Assembly (NCBI GenBank): GCA_965231135.1
Contig: OZ246419.1
Coordinates: 184,754 to 248,753 of the forward strand
From: an uncultured Gammaproteobacteria bacterium
Lineage (GTDB): Bacteria > Patescibacteriota > Microgenomatia > UBA8517
Direction of reading: 5' to 3'
DNA: 64,000 nt
Shown here: positions 49,262 through 59,334 of the stretch, piece by piece
How the letters are laid out: the number at the start of each line of letters is the position of its first letter
Position numbering within the stretch: position 1 is the first letter of the stretch
Notes under the pieces: model-generated
Databases searched by the model: none
What the model saw: the letters and a program-made list of their open reading frames with translations, nothing else
What the model was told of the DNA's origin: nothing
Position numbers and translations under genes: made by a program

Positions 49262-49930
49262 ATGATAAATAAAGTCCTTGGAATTAAAAAAGAAATGGGA
49301 GCTACTTTTAACGAAGGAGTAAGAGTTCCTGTGACTAAAGTTGCAATTGAAAATTGTGTTGTGACTGAAGTCAAAACACAAGACCGTGACGGCTACTGGT
49401 CAGTCCAACTTGGTGTAGGACACAAGAAAGCAAAGAATATTACCAAACCAATGAAAGGCCATCTTCTCAAAACAAAAGACGCAAAAGAAACTCCAAAATA
49501 TTTACCAAGATTTATTAAAGAAATAAGAACTCAAGAAGAACCTACGGAAAAAGTCGGAAATGAAATAAAAGCTTCCGACATTTTTGTTTCTGGAGATAAG
49601 GTTAGCGTTACTGGAGTTTCTAAGGGAAAAGGGTTTGCTGGAGGAGTTAAAAGGTGGCACTTTAGAGGAGGAAGCAAGACTCATGGACAATCAGACCGTT
49701 GGAGAGCACCAGGATCAATTGGACAAGGAACAACTCCAGGAAGAGTTTATAAAGGCAAACACATGGCAGGACACATGGGAGTAGAACAAATAAAAGTTAA
49801 AGGACTCAAAATAGTTTCAGTTGATGCAGAAAAGAATGAAATACTTGTAAGCGGAGCAATTCCAGGAACAGTCGGAGGTTTAGTAATTCTTGAAAGAATT
49901 GGAGAAAGAAAGGAACAAGCAAATGCTTAA
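49262..49930 (+). CDS. rplC: 50S ribosomal protein L3
   Basis: SKGKGFAG, THG...RAPGSIG, PGRVYKG. Confidence 0.98.
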   Translation: MINKVLGIKKEMGATFNEGVRVPVTKVAIENCVVTEVKTQDRDGYWSVQLGVGHKKAKNITKPMKGHLLKTKDAKETPKYLPRFIKEIRTQEEPTEKVGNEIKASDIFVSGDKVSVTGVSKGKGFAGGVKRWHFRGGSKTHGQSDRWRAPGSIGQGTTPGRVYKGKHMAGHMGVEQIKVKGLKIVSVDAEKNEILVSGAIPGTVGGLVILERIGERKEQANA

Positions 49931-50555
49931 AGTAGATTCATATTCAGCAAAAGGAATTAAAGGGACAACACAGGTAAACTTGCCAAAAGAATGGGAAGCT
50001 GAAGCAAACGAAAGTTTACTTGCACAAGCAATTCGAGTTTACGATGACCGAAATCATATTGGACTTCGTAAAGCAAAAACTCGAGCTGAAGTTTTAAGAA
50101 CTGGTAAAAAACTTTACAGCCAGAAAGGAACTGGAGGAGCAAGACATGGATCAAGAAGAGCACCTGTATTTGTTGGCGGAGGAGTCGCTTTAGGACCTCG
50201 ACCAGTAAAAAGAGAATTAACTTTATCGACAGCTTTGAAGCGAAAAGCAATTGCTGTAACGATGACAATGGCTGTTAAAGAAAAAAGAGTGATAGTAAGT
50301 GATATGAATTTTGCTAAGACAAAAGACGCAAATAATTTTATTGAAAAAGTTTTAGGAAAAAATACAAAGATGGTTACTTTTGTAATTGCAAAAGATAACT
50401 TTAAAAATGAAAAGTTTTTAAGAAATATAGAAAAAGCACGAGTAAATGTTTTTCCAAGCATTAATGCATATGATATTTATTTTGGAGGAAATATAGTTTT
50501 GGACAAAGCAATTTTTGGAAAAGAAGAAAAGAAAGGAAAACAAATAAGCAAATAA
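49923..50555 (+). CDS. rplD: 50S ribosomal protein L4
   Basis: QKGTGGARHGS, GGGVALGP. Confidence 0.97.
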   Translation: MLKVDSYSAKGIKGTTQVNLPKEWEAEANESLLAQAIRVYDDRNHIGLRKAKTRAEVLRTGKKLYSQKGTGGARHGSRRAPVFVGGGVALGPRPVKRELTLSTALKRKAIAVTMTMAVKEKRVIVSDMNFAKTKDANNFIEKVLGKNTKMVTFVIAKDNFKNEKFLRNIEKARVNVFPSINAYDIYFGGNIVLDKAIFGKEEKKGKQISK

Positions 50556-50577
50556 GAATTTGCTTGTGACGATTACA
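50544..50577 (+). repeat. long-stem variant of double-hairpin element at rplD end
   Basis: ATAAGCAAAT-AAGA-ATTTGCTTGT-GA-CGA-TTACA. Confidence 0.85.
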
Positions 50578-50579
50578 TC

Positions 50580-50903
50580 ATGAAAATAATGCCAATAATG
50601 ACAGAAAAATCAATGAAGTTATCTAAAAATAATATTTATACTTTTTGGATGCCTGTAGCATTAACCAAAACAGAAATTAAAAATTTGATTGCTAAGAATT
50701 TTAAGGTTGAAGTAGTTGACATCAAAACCGTTAATTATAAAGCTCGCAAACACAGGAATATGAGAGGACAAGAGCAGAAAGTAAAAGCAGCCAAGAAAGC
50801 AATTGTAGTTTTGAAAGAAGGACAAAAGCTTGATTTTTTTGAAGAGGAAAAGAAAGTAACAAAGAAAGCTAAAACAAAAACAAAGAAAGAAGGTACAAAA
50901 TGA
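50580..50903 (+). CDS. rplW: 50S ribosomal protein L23
   Basis: PIMTEKS, KKAIVVLKEGQK; synteny. Confidence 0.95.
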   Translation: MKIMPIMTEKSMKLSKNNIYTFWMPVALTKTEIKNLIAKNFKVEVVDIKTVNYKARKHRNMRGQEQKVKAAKKAIVVLKEGQKLDFFEEEKKVTKKAKTKTKKEGTK

Positions 50904-51667
50904 TAATAGGGAGTTTATCGAAGCGCCGCTTCGTATTAAAGAAACATTCCGGAAGATCTAAAGGAAAAGTTACTGTTCGCCATCAAGGAGGACGAAACAA
51001 AAGATTTTTCAGAGAAATTGATTTTAACAGGCATATTAAAGAAGGGGTCCAGGGAACTGTAGTTGCAATTGAGGTTGATCCAAATCGAAATGCAAGGATA
51101 GCACTTGTCCATTATACAGACGGAGATAAAAGATATATAATTGCACCTAATGGCCTTAAAATTGGGCAGAAAGTAATGGCTAGCGAAAATGCATCTCTTG
51201 AAATAGGAAATGCAACAGCCCTTTCTAAAATCATTATTGGTACACAAATACACAATATTGAAATAAGTCCAAATAAAGGCGGACAGATTGTAAGAGGAGC
51301 AGGATCAGTTGCGATTTTACAAGGAAAAGAAGATTATTATGTCTTGGTTAAAATGCCAAGCGGGGAAATTAAAAGATTTAATCCGCAGTCATGGGCGAGC
51401 ATTGGACAGGTTGGAAATATTGAGGTTGCAAACCAAAGAATTCGAAAAGCTGGAATTAACATAAGACGAGGAATACGACCGACAGTAAGAGGAGTTGCTC
51501 AAGATCCTCATTCTCATCCACACGGAGGGGGAGAAGGAAGAAGCGGAGTTGGACTTAAATATCCAAAGACCCCTTGGGGAAAGCCAGCTGTTGGAAAAAC
51601 AAGACGACATGGTAAATATTCTGATAAACTTGTTGTTTCAGGACGAAAGTTAGGAAAACATCATTAA
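50900..51667 (+). CDS. rplB: 50S ribosomal protein L2
   Basis: [26 protein letters not shown]. Confidence 0.98.
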   Translation: MIIGSLSKRRFVLKKHSGRSKGKVTVRHQGGRNKRFFREIDFNRHIKEGVQGTVVAIEVDPNRNARIALVHYTDGDKRYIIAPNGLKIGQKVMASENASLEIGNATALSKIIIGTQIHNIEISPNKGGQIVRGAGSVAILQGKEDYYVLVKMPSGEIKRFNPQSWASIGQVGNIEVANQRIRKAGINIRRGIRPTVRGVAQDPHSHPHGGGEGRSGVGLKYPKTPWGKPAVGKTRRHGKYSDKLVVSGRKLGKHH

Positions 51668-51668
51668 T

Positions 51669-51950
51669 ATGAGCAGAAGTAGTAAAAAAGGACCATACGT
51701 AGACGATAGACTTTTAAAGAAGGTCGACAAGGGTATGGGAACAAAAGGAAATGCAATTAAGACTTGGAGCCGTGATAGCCAAATCCCACCAGCATTTGTT
51801 GGAAAGTATTTCCAAGTACATAATGGTCATATTTTTATTGAAGTATTTATAAGCGAAGATATGGTAGGACATCGCCTTGGTGAATTTTCACCAACACGTA
51901 CATTCCATGGACATGGACAAATTGTGAAGAGAACAATGGATAAGACATAA
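51669..51950 (+). CDS. rpsS: 30S ribosomal protein S19
   Basis: [22 protein letters not shown]. Confidence 0.98.
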   Translation: MSRSSKKGPYVDDRLLKKVDKGMGTKGNAIKTWSRDSQIPPAFVGKYFQVHNGHIFIEVFISEDMVGHRLGEFSPTRTFHGHGQIVKRTMDKT

Positions 51951-51958
51951 GGAGAAAT

Positions 51959-52375
51959 ATGGCAGAATATATAGCAACACAAAAATTTTTAAGAATGAGT
52001 CCTAAGAAAATTAGGATAGTAGTTGATGCAGTTAAAAAGATGAAACCAACCCAAGCTGTTGAAGTCTTGCTTTATGTAAATAAAAGAGCAAGCGAGCCTG
52101 TACAAAAAACTATAAAGACAGCAATTGCCAATGCACGAATGCAGGGAGCAAATGTTGAGGAATTGGTTTTTAAAGAGATACAAATTGGACAAGGGCCAAC
52201 ACTTAAGCGAGGTATGGCAGCTCCTCGCGGACGATATCATCCGATTATGAAACGCATGAGCCATATTCGAGTCGTGTTGCAAACAAAGCCAGTTGAAGTT
52301 AAGAAATTGGAAGAGAAAAAAGTTGAAGAGCCAAAGAAAGAAGTTAAGAAAACAGTAAAGAAAGGAAAAAAATAA
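51959..52375 (+). CDS. rplV: 50S ribosomal protein L22
   Basis: RMSPKKIR, GPTLKR, KRMSHI. Confidence 0.97.
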   Translation: MAEYIATQKFLRMSPKKIRIVVDAVKKMKPTQAVEVLLYVNKRASEPVQKTIKTAIANARMQGANVEELVFKEIQIGQGPTLKRGMAAPRGRYHPIMKRMSHIRVVLQTKPVEVKKLEEKKVEEPKKEVKKTVKKGKK

Positions 52376-52376
52376 A

Positions 52377-53027
52377 ATGGGACAGAAAGTTAATCCAATA
52401 GGATTTAGAACAGGAAGATTTATATCCTGGAAATCAAGATGGTTTGATGAGGGAACTGATTATAAGAACTTTTTGGTTGAGGATGTAAAACTACGCGAAA
52501 TGTTAATGGAAAAATTGAAGCTTGCTGGAATAGAAACCGTTGAAATTGAAAGATTGCCAAAGGCAATTGTTATAACTCTTTATGTAGCAAGACCTGGAGT
52601 TGTTATCGGACGAGGCGGAAGCGGAATTGAAGAGATTAAAAAGCAAGTTGTTGCTTTGATGAGAACATTAAGGGGCGGAAAAGCAGTACAAACGAAAATT
52701 GATTTACATGTAAATGAAATCAAAAATCCAGATTTGAGCGCTTATTTAGTAGCTGGCAGAGTTATTTCAGATCTTGAACGCCGTATGCCATCAAGAAGAG
52801 TTGCTACAAAAGCGATGGAAAAAGTAATGCAATCTGGAGCTAAGGGAGTAAAAATAGTTTTTGCAGGACGTGTTAATGGAGCTGATATCGGACGTACTGA
52901 AGCTTATCATGTAGGAAGCGTCCCAACTCAAACATTAAGAAAAGAAATTGATTATGCAGAAATGCCAGCGCTTTTGAAAAGAGGATATGTAGGAGTTAAG
53001 GTTTGGATTTATAAGGAGGAAAAATAA
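52377..53027 (+). CDS. rpsC: 30S ribosomal protein S3
   Basis: MGQKVNPIGFR, RPGVVIG, GVKVWI. Confidence 0.98.
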   Translation: MGQKVNPIGFRTGRFISWKSRWFDEGTDYKNFLVEDVKLREMLMEKLKLAGIETVEIERLPKAIVITLYVARPGVVIGRGGSGIEEIKKQVVALMRTLRGGKAVQTKIDLHVNEIKNPDLSAYLVAGRVISDLERRMPSRRVATKAMEKVMQSGAKGVKIVFAGRVNGADIGRTEAYHVGSVPTQTLRKEIDYAEMPALLKRGYVGVKVWIYKEEK

Positions 53028-53049
53028 GCGAAAGCTTGTGTAAACATAA
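53024..53049 (+). repeat. double-hairpin element on rpsC stop, directly before rplP ATG
   Basis: ATAAGC-GAAA-GCTTGT-G-TAAA-C-ATAA then ATG. Confidence 0.88.
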
Positions 53050-53463
53050 ATGTTACAGCCAAAAAGAAGTAAATATCGAAAAGCATTTAGAGGAAGAAGA
53101 AGAGGATTATCCTCAAGAGGATCGACACTTGCTTTTGGAGAATTTGGAATTAAAGCATTAGAACATTCTTGGATGAGTGCAGCACAGATGGAAGCAGTAA
53201 GGCGCACTGTAACAGGAGATATGAAGAGAAAAGGAAGAGTATGGTTAAGAGTCTTTCCTGATAAGCCAGTTACTGCACGCGCTGCAGGACAACGTATGGG
53301 AAGCGGAAAAGGAGAGATTGACAGGTATGTTATGGTTGTAAGACCAGGAAGAATGATTTTGGAAGTTGCAGGAGTTGATGAATTAACAGCACGCAAAGCT
53401 TTAAGAGGCGCAACTTATAAAATGCCTTTTAAATCAAGAATTATTGCGAAGGGAGAACTTTAA
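53050..53463 (+). CDS. rplP: 50S ribosomal protein L16
   Basis: MLQPKR, RMGSGKG. Confidence 0.98.
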   Translation: MLQPKRSKYRKAFRGRRRGLSSRGSTLAFGEFGIKALEHSWMSAAQMEAVRRTVTGDMKRKGRVWLRVFPDKPVTARAAGQRMGSGKGEIDRYVMVVRPGRMILEVAGVDELTARKALRGATYKMPFKSRIIAKGEL

Positions 53464-53467
53464 AGAT

Positions 53468-53677
53468 ATGAAAGCAAAAGAATTAAAAGATTTGAGAACA
53501 AAAGAAAAAAGCGAATTATTGAAAATGGTTAGGAGCGCAAAAATGGAACTTATTAATTTAACAGGAAAAATGTATGCAGGAAAAGAAAAGAATTTAAAGA
53601 AAACTAGAAATATGAGAAAAGAAATTGCACAATTATTAACAATTGCAAAAGAGATGAAGGAGGTAAAGAAAAAATAA
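53468..53677 (+). CDS. rpmC: 50S ribosomal protein L29
   Basis: MKAKELKDLR...RKEIAQLLT; synteny. Confidence 0.9.
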   Translation: MKAKELKDLRTKEKSELLKMVRSAKMELINLTGKMYAGKEKNLKKTRNMRKEIAQLLTIAKEMKEVKKK

Positions 53678-53680
53678 AGT

Positions 53681-53911
53681 ATGAAAATATTTACAGGAAA
53701 AGTAGTAGCAACTAAGAATGCAAAGACGGCAACTATTGAAGTTGAACGTTTTGTAACGCATCCAATATATGACAAGAAAATTAAAAGATCACGAACTTTC
53801 CAAGTTCATGATGAAATTGGAGTAAATGTTGGGGATGTTGTGAATTTTATAGCGAGTAAACCACATAGCAAGACAAAAAAGTGGGAAATTTATGTGGAGG
53901 GTAAGAAATGA
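53681..53911 (+). CDS. rpsQ: 30S ribosomal protein S17
   Basis: GKVV, HPIY.K, SKTKKW. Confidence 0.95.
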   Translation: MKIFTGKVVATKNAKTATIEVERFVTHPIYDKKIKRSRTFQVHDEIGVNVGDVVNFIASKPHSKTKKWEIYVEGKK

Positions 53912-54273
53912 TATATCTAAGAACAGTTTTAAATCCAGCTGACAATAGCGGTGCTAAAAAATTAATGGTAATGGGAGTTCCTGGAAGACTTGGAAAGAAA
54001 GCTCATTTAGGACAAGTTGTGAAATGTGTTGTCCATGGAGCTGATTCTGCCGGAGTGGTTCTTGATCAGGAAAAAGTAAATGTTGTGATTGTACGAACAC
54101 ACAAAGAAACAAGAAGAGCTGATGGGACTTATGTACGATTTGATGATAATGCAGGGGTTGTTATTGATAAAGACGGATTACCAAGAGGGACTAGAATTTT
54201 GGGGCCTATTGCAAGAGAAGTTAAAGAAGCTGGATATACAAAAATTGCATCTTTAGCAAGGGAGGTTATTTAA
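53908..54273 (+). CDS. rplN: 50S ribosomal protein L14
   Basis: ADNSGAK, RFDDNA, GTRILGP. Confidence 0.98.
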   Translation: MIYLRTVLNPADNSGAKKLMVMGVPGRLGKKAHLGQVVKCVVHGADSAGVVLDQEKVNVVIVRTHKETRRADGTYVRFDDNAGVVIDKDGLPRGTRILGPIAREVKEAGYTKIASLAREVI

Positions 54274-54585
54274 ATGTTTAAATTTAAAAAAGGAGACGAA
54301 GTTAAAATTACAGCTGGAAAAGATAAAGGAAAGACGGGAAAAATTGAACAAGTAATGCCAAAAAAATCTGCTGTCTTAGTTCCTGGAGTAAATATTTACA
54401 AGAAACATGTTAAAGCGCAGCTTACAGCTGACGGAAAAGGTGGAGTTTATGAACTTTCCAGACCTTTAACACTTGGAAAAATTGCTTTAATTTGCCCAAA
54501 TTGTAAAAAAATTACAAGAGTTGGAGTAAAGATTGTTGATGGTAAGAAGGTTCGAATTTGTAGAAAGTGCGGGAAAACTATATGA
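54274..54585 (+). CDS. rplX: 50S ribosomal protein L24
   Basis: KKGDEV...GKDKGK; CxxC pairs. Confidence 0.97.
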   Translation: MFKFKKGDEVKITAGKDKGKTGKIEQVMPKKSAVLVPGVNIYKKHVKAQLTADGKGGVYELSRPLTLGKIALICPNCKKITRVGVKIVDGKKVRICRKCGKTI

Positions 54586-55142
54586 GTTTACAAGAAGATT
54601 ATAAAAAAACAATTAAAGATGAGTTAGTTAAAGAATTTGCTATTAAAAATGTGATGGCAATTCCAAAATTGACTAAAATTGTTGTGAACTGCGGAACTGG
54701 AGAAGCTTTGAAGAGTAAAGAAATTGCAACACAAATTGCAGAAGATTTAGCAACAATTACTGGGCAAAAAGTAAAAATTACTAAAGCAAGAGTTTCGATT
54801 GCAGGATTTAATTTGAGACTTGGAATGAATGTGGGAATGGTTGTGACACTTCGCGGAAAGCGAATGTATGATTTTTACGAAAAATTGGTTAAAATAGTGC
54901 TTCCAAGACTAAGAGATTTTAGAGGAGTGCCTTTGAAAAGTTTTGATCAGGCAGGAAATTATACTTTGGGAATTGTAGAGCATACAGTTTTTCCTGAAAT
55001 TGATTTGGCAAAAGTTACAAATCCACGAGGAATGGAAATCACTTTTGTAACAAATGTAAAAAATGTAGAGCAATCGAGAAAATTATTGGAATTAATGGGA
55101 ATGCCGTTTGAAAAACTTGAAAGGAGAAATATAAGCAAATAA
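54582..55142 (+). CDS. rplE: 50S ribosomal protein L5
   Basis: PKLTKIVVN, VTLRG, LPRLRDFRG. Confidence 0.98.
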   Translation: MSLQEDYKKTIKDELVKEFAIKNVMAIPKLTKIVVNCGTGEALKSKEIATQIAEDLATITGQKVKITKARVSIAGFNLRLGMNVGMVVTLRGKRMYDFYEKLVKIVLPRLRDFRGVPLKSFDQAGNYTLGIVEHTVFPEIDLAKVTNPRGMEITFVTNVKNVEQSRKLLELMGMPFEKLERRNISK

Positions 55143-55166
55143 GAATTTGCTTGTAATTGATTACAA
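55131..55166 (+). repeat. long-stem variant of double-hairpin element at rplE end
   Basis: ATAAGCAAAT-AAGA-ATTTGCTTGT-AA-TTGA-TTACAA; first 24 nt identical to the copy at 50544. Confidence 0.88.
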
Positions 55167-55168
55167 TT

Positions 55169-55354
55169 ATGGCAACAACAGCTAAAGAAGTAAGAGAACA
55201 TAAAAAATTAAAGTACAAGGTTCAATACAGAAACCGATGTAGGCTTTGTGGCCGAAGCCGTGGTTATATGAGAAAATTCGGAATTTGCAGACTTTGTTTT
55301 AGGGAACTTGCCAATAAAGGCGAAATTCCAGGAGTTAGAAAGGCGTCTTGGTAA
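55169..55354 (+). CDS. rpsZ: 30S ribosomal protein S14 (zinc-binding type Z)
   Basis: RCRLCGR...ICRLCFRE...IPGVRKASW. Confidence 0.97.
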   Translation: MATTAKEVREHKKLKYKVQYRNRCRLCGRSRGYMRKFGICRLCFRELANKGEIPGVRKASW

Positions 55355-55355
55355 T

Positions 55356-55736
55356 ATGGTAAATTATACAGTTGGAGATTTTTTAATTAGAGTAAAGAAT
55401 GCAGCAAGAGCTGATCGCACTGATTTAACAGTTAATTCGACAAAGCTTGTAAAAGCAATTGCAGAATGTTTAAAAACTGAAGGATTTTTGAGCGAGGTTT
55501 CTGTAAATGAAGGAAAATTAACAGCAAAAATTGCAATTTCTCATAAGAAACCAGTTTTGATGGATCTTACACTTATTTCAAAACCAGGACTACGCGTTTA
55601 TCGCAATATCGATGAACTAAAACTTAGAAAGAAAGGATCGTCAATATTAATTTTAACGACACCAAAAGGAATTATTTCAAATAAAAAAGCAATTAAAGAG
55701 AATGTTGGTGGAGAAGTAATCGCGGAGATTTGGTAA
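55356..55736 (+). CDS. rpsH: 30S ribosomal protein S8
   Basis: DFLIRVKNA, ISKPGLRVY, GGEVI. Confidence 0.97.
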   Translation: MVNYTVGDFLIRVKNAARADRTDLTVNSTKLVKAIAECLKTEGFLSEVSVNEGKLTAKIAISHKKPVLMDLTLISKPGLRVYRNIDELKLRKKGSSILILTTPKGIISNKKAIKENVGGEVIAEIW

Positions 55737-55737
55737 T

Positions 55738-56289
55738 ATGTCAAAATTTGCAAAAAGACCAGTAACAATACCAGCAGGAGTTCAAATTCAATTGGATTCC
55801 AATAAGATTAAAGTAACCGGAGCAAAAGGAAATCTTGAAAGAGAAATTCCAGAAACTGTTCAGGTTTCTATGAAAGAAAATGAATTAAGTTTTGGTTCAA
55901 AAGAAAAGACAGAAACTAAATTTGGAAGAAGCATACTTGGAACTACAAAAAGCCATGTAGTTAACATGATTGAGGGAGTTACTAATGGATTTAATAAAAA
56001 GCTTGAATTGCAAGGAACAGGATACCGCGCGGAAGTAAGAGGAAATGATTTGGTTTTGACAATTGGATTTTCTCACCCAGTTACTTTTACTGCACCAACT
56101 AATGTGAAATTTGTAGTAGAAAAAAATGTTGTTACTGTTGAAGGAATTGATCTTAATACAGTTACACAACTTGCAGCAAATATAAGACGTGCAAAAGAAC
56201 CAGATCCATACAAAGGAAAAGGAATAAGATATTTGGGAGAAGTTTTGAAGTTGAAACCTGGAAAACAGGCAGCAAAGACAGCAGCTTAA
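55738..56289 (+). CDS. rplF: 50S ribosomal protein L6
   Basis: [22 protein letters not shown]. Confidence 0.98.
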   Translation: MSKFAKRPVTIPAGVQIQLDSNKIKVTGAKGNLEREIPETVQVSMKENELSFGSKEKTETKFGRSILGTTKSHVVNMIEGVTNGFNKKLELQGTGYRAEVRGNDLVLTIGFSHPVTFTAPTNVKFVVEKNVVTVEGIDLNTVTQLAANIRRAKEPDPYKGKGIRYLGEVLKLKPGKQAAKTAA

Positions 56290-56299
56290 ATTTAATACT

Positions 56300-56569
56300 A
56301 TGAAAAAAACTAACAAAACTGAACAAAGATTTAGACTTAGTGTATTTAGAAGTAATAAATTTATTTATGCTCAAGTGATTGATGATATTAAAGGACATAC
56401 AATTGCAGCAGCAAAAGGAACTGATGCAGTAAAAGTTGGAGAGGAAGTTGCAGAAAAAGCAATTAAGGCAAAAGCTAAAAAGATTACATATGACAGACGC
56501 AAATATAGATATCATGGAAAAGTTAAAGCTTTGGCTGATGCAGCTCGTGCGAAAGGATTAGAATTTTAA
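56300..56569 (+). CDS. rplR: 50S ribosomal protein L18 (short)
   Basis: [22 protein letters not shown]. Confidence 0.96.
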   Translation: MKKTNKTEQRFRLSVFRSNKFIYAQVIDDIKGHTIAAAKGTDAVKVGEEVAEKAIKAKAKKITYDRRKYRYHGKVKALADAARAKGLEF

Positions 56570-56570
56570 T

Positions 56571-57083
56571 ATGCAAAACAATAACCGAAACAACAATAGA
56601 AGAAATAATAATTTTTATCAGGCTGAAAAAGAATTTACTGAGACAGTTGTGCAAATAAATAGAATTTCCAAGAAAACAAAAGGCGGAAACCAAATGAGAT
56701 TTGCAGCTCTTGTAGTTGTTGGAGATAAAAAAGGAAAAGTTGGAGTCGGACTTGCAAAAGCAAAAGACGTGCGTAGTGCAGTCCAAAAAGCTATAACTGC
56801 AGCAAAACGTAAATTGATTGTAGTTCCGCTTCGCGGAACAACAGTTGCCTATGAAGTTAATGTGAAATATGGAGCAGCAAAAATAGTTTTGAAGCCGGCA
56901 CCACAAGGAAGCGGAATTATTGCAGGAGGAGCAATTCGAGTTGTACTTGATGCCGCAGGAGTGCGCGACGCAAGTGCAAAAATTTTGGGAACAAAAAATA
57001 AAATTAGTAATGTATATGCGACAATCTCGGCACTTGAGAAAATAAGTGATATTGTAGAAAGGAAAAACATAAATGCAAAATGA
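56571..57083 (+). CDS. rpsE: 30S ribosomal protein S5
   Basis: KKTKGG, LVVVGD, GSGIIAGG. Confidence 0.98.
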   Translation: MQNNNRNNNRRNNNFYQAEKEFTETVVQINRISKKTKGGNQMRFAALVVVGDKKGKVGVGLAKAKDVRSAVQKAITAAKRKLIVVPLRGTTVAYEVNVKYGAAKIVLKPAPQGSGIIAGGAIRVVLDAAGVRDASAKILGTKNKISNVYATISALEKISDIVERKNINAK

Positions 57084-57495
57084 TTTGCAAAAATTAGTAA
57101 AGCCTCGCCATAAAAGAGTTGGACGTGGAGGGGGAAGTGGAAAGGGATTTCATACTGCAGGGCGCGGACAAAAAGGACAAAAAACAAGAAGAACGATCAA
57201 TGTGCTTTTTGAAGGATATAAAGTAAAGAAATCATTGCTTCGTCGTCTTCCAATGCAGAGAGGAAGAAGCAAATTTAAAGCTAACGATAAGCCATTAATT
57301 ATTAATTTAGAAGTGCTTAATTTAATGAAAGATGGAGAAACTGTAACAATTGAAACGCTTGCAAAAGCTGGAATAGTAGACATTAAAGATGCAAAACGAT
57401 TTGGGGTCAAAATTTTGGGTAAAGGAGAACTCAAGAAGAAACTTAAAATAGAATTACCGATGTCTAAATCAGTTGCTAAACGAATAAATGCTTAA
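57073..57495 (+). CDS. rplO: 50S ribosomal protein L15
   Basis: [11 protein letters not shown]...[13 protein letters not shown]. Confidence 0.97.
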   Translation: MQNDLQKLVKPRHKRVGRGGGSGKGFHTAGRGQKGQKTRRTINVLFEGYKVKKSLLRRLPMQRGRSKFKANDKPLIINLEVLNLMKDGETVTIETLAKAGIVDIKDAKRFGVKILGKGELKKKLKIELPMSKSVAKRINA

Positions 57496-58780
57496 GTCTA
57501 TTGCAGATTTTTTTGTAAAGTGCGCAAAGTCTGACGTCGTCAGAAAGAAAATTTTTATAACAGCCCTACTTCTGGTTGTATTTCGTTTTATAGCTCATGT
57601 TCCTGTTGCAGGAATTGATAGAACTTCACTTCAACAACTTTTTAATGGAAGCCCGCTTTTATCTCTTCTTGATGTTTTTTCTGGAGGAACACTTGCAAAT
57701 TTTTCTATTATGGCGCTTGGACTTAACCCTTATATTAATGCCTCGATTATCTTGCAACTTCTTGGATATGTGATTCCATCAATTGAAGAATTACAAGAAG
57801 AAGGAGAGTATGGACAAGATAAAATTAATCAATACACAAGATTTTTAACTGTACCCTTGGCTGCGCTTCAGGGAATGGGTGCTTATTTGCTTCTTAAAGG
57901 ACAAGGAATTATTGGGACTTTGGGACCAGTACAGTTGCTTGCATTTATTTTAACTTTGGTTGCTGGAACAATGTTTGCTGTCTGGCTTGGGGAACTTATT
58001 ACTGAATACGGGGTTACAAACGGAGTTTCATTTCTTATTTTTGCAGGAATTATTTCAAGGCTTCCTGTAGCACTTGGAACTTCAATTGGAACAATTACAA
58101 AAACTGACTTAACAAAAGTGGGAATATTTGTAGTAGTTGCGCTTCTTATTATTACTTTAGTTGTCTATGTATCTGAAGCTGTTAGGCGCATTCCGATTAA
58201 ATATGCAAGACGAAATAACGGCTCTTCTCCAATTGCGCAGGCGTCTTATATTCCATTACAACTAAACCAAGCTGGAGTAATTCCAATAATTTTTGCAATT
58301 GCACTTGTATCGGCGCCTTCTTTGATTGCTCAATTTGCTGGAGGAATTGCACATGGAGCTGTCTCGAAGTTTTTTACGCAGCTTCTGGTTTATATGAACC
58401 CAAATACAATTCTTTACAATGTGTTTTATTTTCTTTTGGTGGTTGGGTTTACTTATTTTTATACTGCGACAGTTGTTTTTAATCCTGAAAAAGTTACTGA
58501 AAGATTACAGCGAAATGGTGCTTTTATTCCCGGGAAAAGGCCTGGAATGCAGACTCAGAAATATTTAGGATATGTGGTAAACAGAGTTACTCTTGCTGGA
58601 GCGGTATTTTTGGGATTTATTGCAATCTTACCATCAATACTTCAATCAACATTACAAATTTCCAATTTGGTTATTGGAGGAACTGGAGTATTGATTGTTG
58701 TTTCAGTAATTCTTGAAATGGTTCGAGATCTTCAGGCGCAGCTTTCTATGAAGAAATATGAGAGATTTGTGGCAGAATAA
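57488..58780 (+). CDS. secY: preprotein translocase SecY
   Basis: [41 protein letters not shown]. Confidence 0.98.
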   Translation: MLKSIADFFVKCAKSDVVRKKIFITALLLVVFRFIAHVPVAGIDRTSLQQLFNGSPLLSLLDVFSGGTLANFSIMALGLNPYINASIILQLLGYVIPSIEELQEEGEYGQDKINQYTRFLTVPLAALQGMGAYLLLKGQGIIGTLGPVQLLAFILTLVAGTMFAVWLGELITEYGVTNGVSFLIFAGIISRLPVALGTSIGTITKTDLTKVGIFVVVALLIITLVVYVSEAVRRIPIKYARRNNGSSPIAQASYIPLQLNQAGVIPIIFAIALVSAPSLIAQFAGGIAHGAVSKFFTQLLVYMNPNTILYNVFYFLLVVGFTYFYTATVVFNPEKVTERLQRNGAFIPGKRPGMQTQKYLGYVVNRVTLAGAVFLGFIAILPSILQSTLQISNLVIGGTGVLIVVSVILEMVRDLQAQLSMKKYERFVAE

Positions 58781-58785
58781 ATTTT

Positions 58786-59334
58786 ATGAATATAGTAATA
58801 CTTGGACCTCAAGGAAGCGGAAAAGGAACACAAGCAAAATTACTTGTTGAAAAATTTGGTTTTTTTTATTTTGAGAGCGGAGAATTTCTAAGGCAGATAG
58901 CCGAAAATAATGAAGTGCTTCGCAATATGATGGATGAAGGGAAATTGGTCCCAAGCGAAGAGCTGGTAGCTTATATTGAAGCATATTTGGATGAAAAACA
59001 AGTTTATGACAATATTCTTTTTGATGGATTTCCAAGGCAGCTTGAACAGTATAAATTTGTAAAGGGATGGCTTTCTGATAAAAAAGTAAAAATAGATCTT
59101 GTTTTAGTTTTGAATATCAGTGAAGAGACAACACTTAATAGATTAAGTTTGCGAAAGCGCGAAGATGATACAGAAGAATCTATAAAAGAAAGATTAAAAC
59201 TTTATAATGACCAGACTGTGCCTTTAATTGATGAATTAAGAAAAGATACTAAAGTTGTTGAAGTTGATGGAGAAAGAACAGTTGATGCAATACAAAAAGA
59301 TTTGGAAAGAATAATTGAAAATGCGAAAAATTAG
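58786..59334 (+). CDS. adk: adenylate kinase (short, LID-less)
   Basis: GPQGSGKGTQ, DGFPR, R.DD; synteny. Confidence 0.93.
   Translation: MNIVILGPQGSGKGTQAKLLVEKFGFFYFESGEFLRQIAENNEVLRNMMDEGKLVPSEELVAYIEAYLDEKQVYDNILFDGFPRQLEQYKFVKGWLSDKKVKIDLVLVLNISEETTLNRLSLRKREDDTEESIKERLKLYNDQTVPLIDELRKDTKVVEVDGERTVDAIQKDLERIIENAKN

Noticed and set aside
56571-57495. Missing rpmD (L30) between rpsE and rplO
   Set aside because: Real, but an established CPR trait rather than a novelty.
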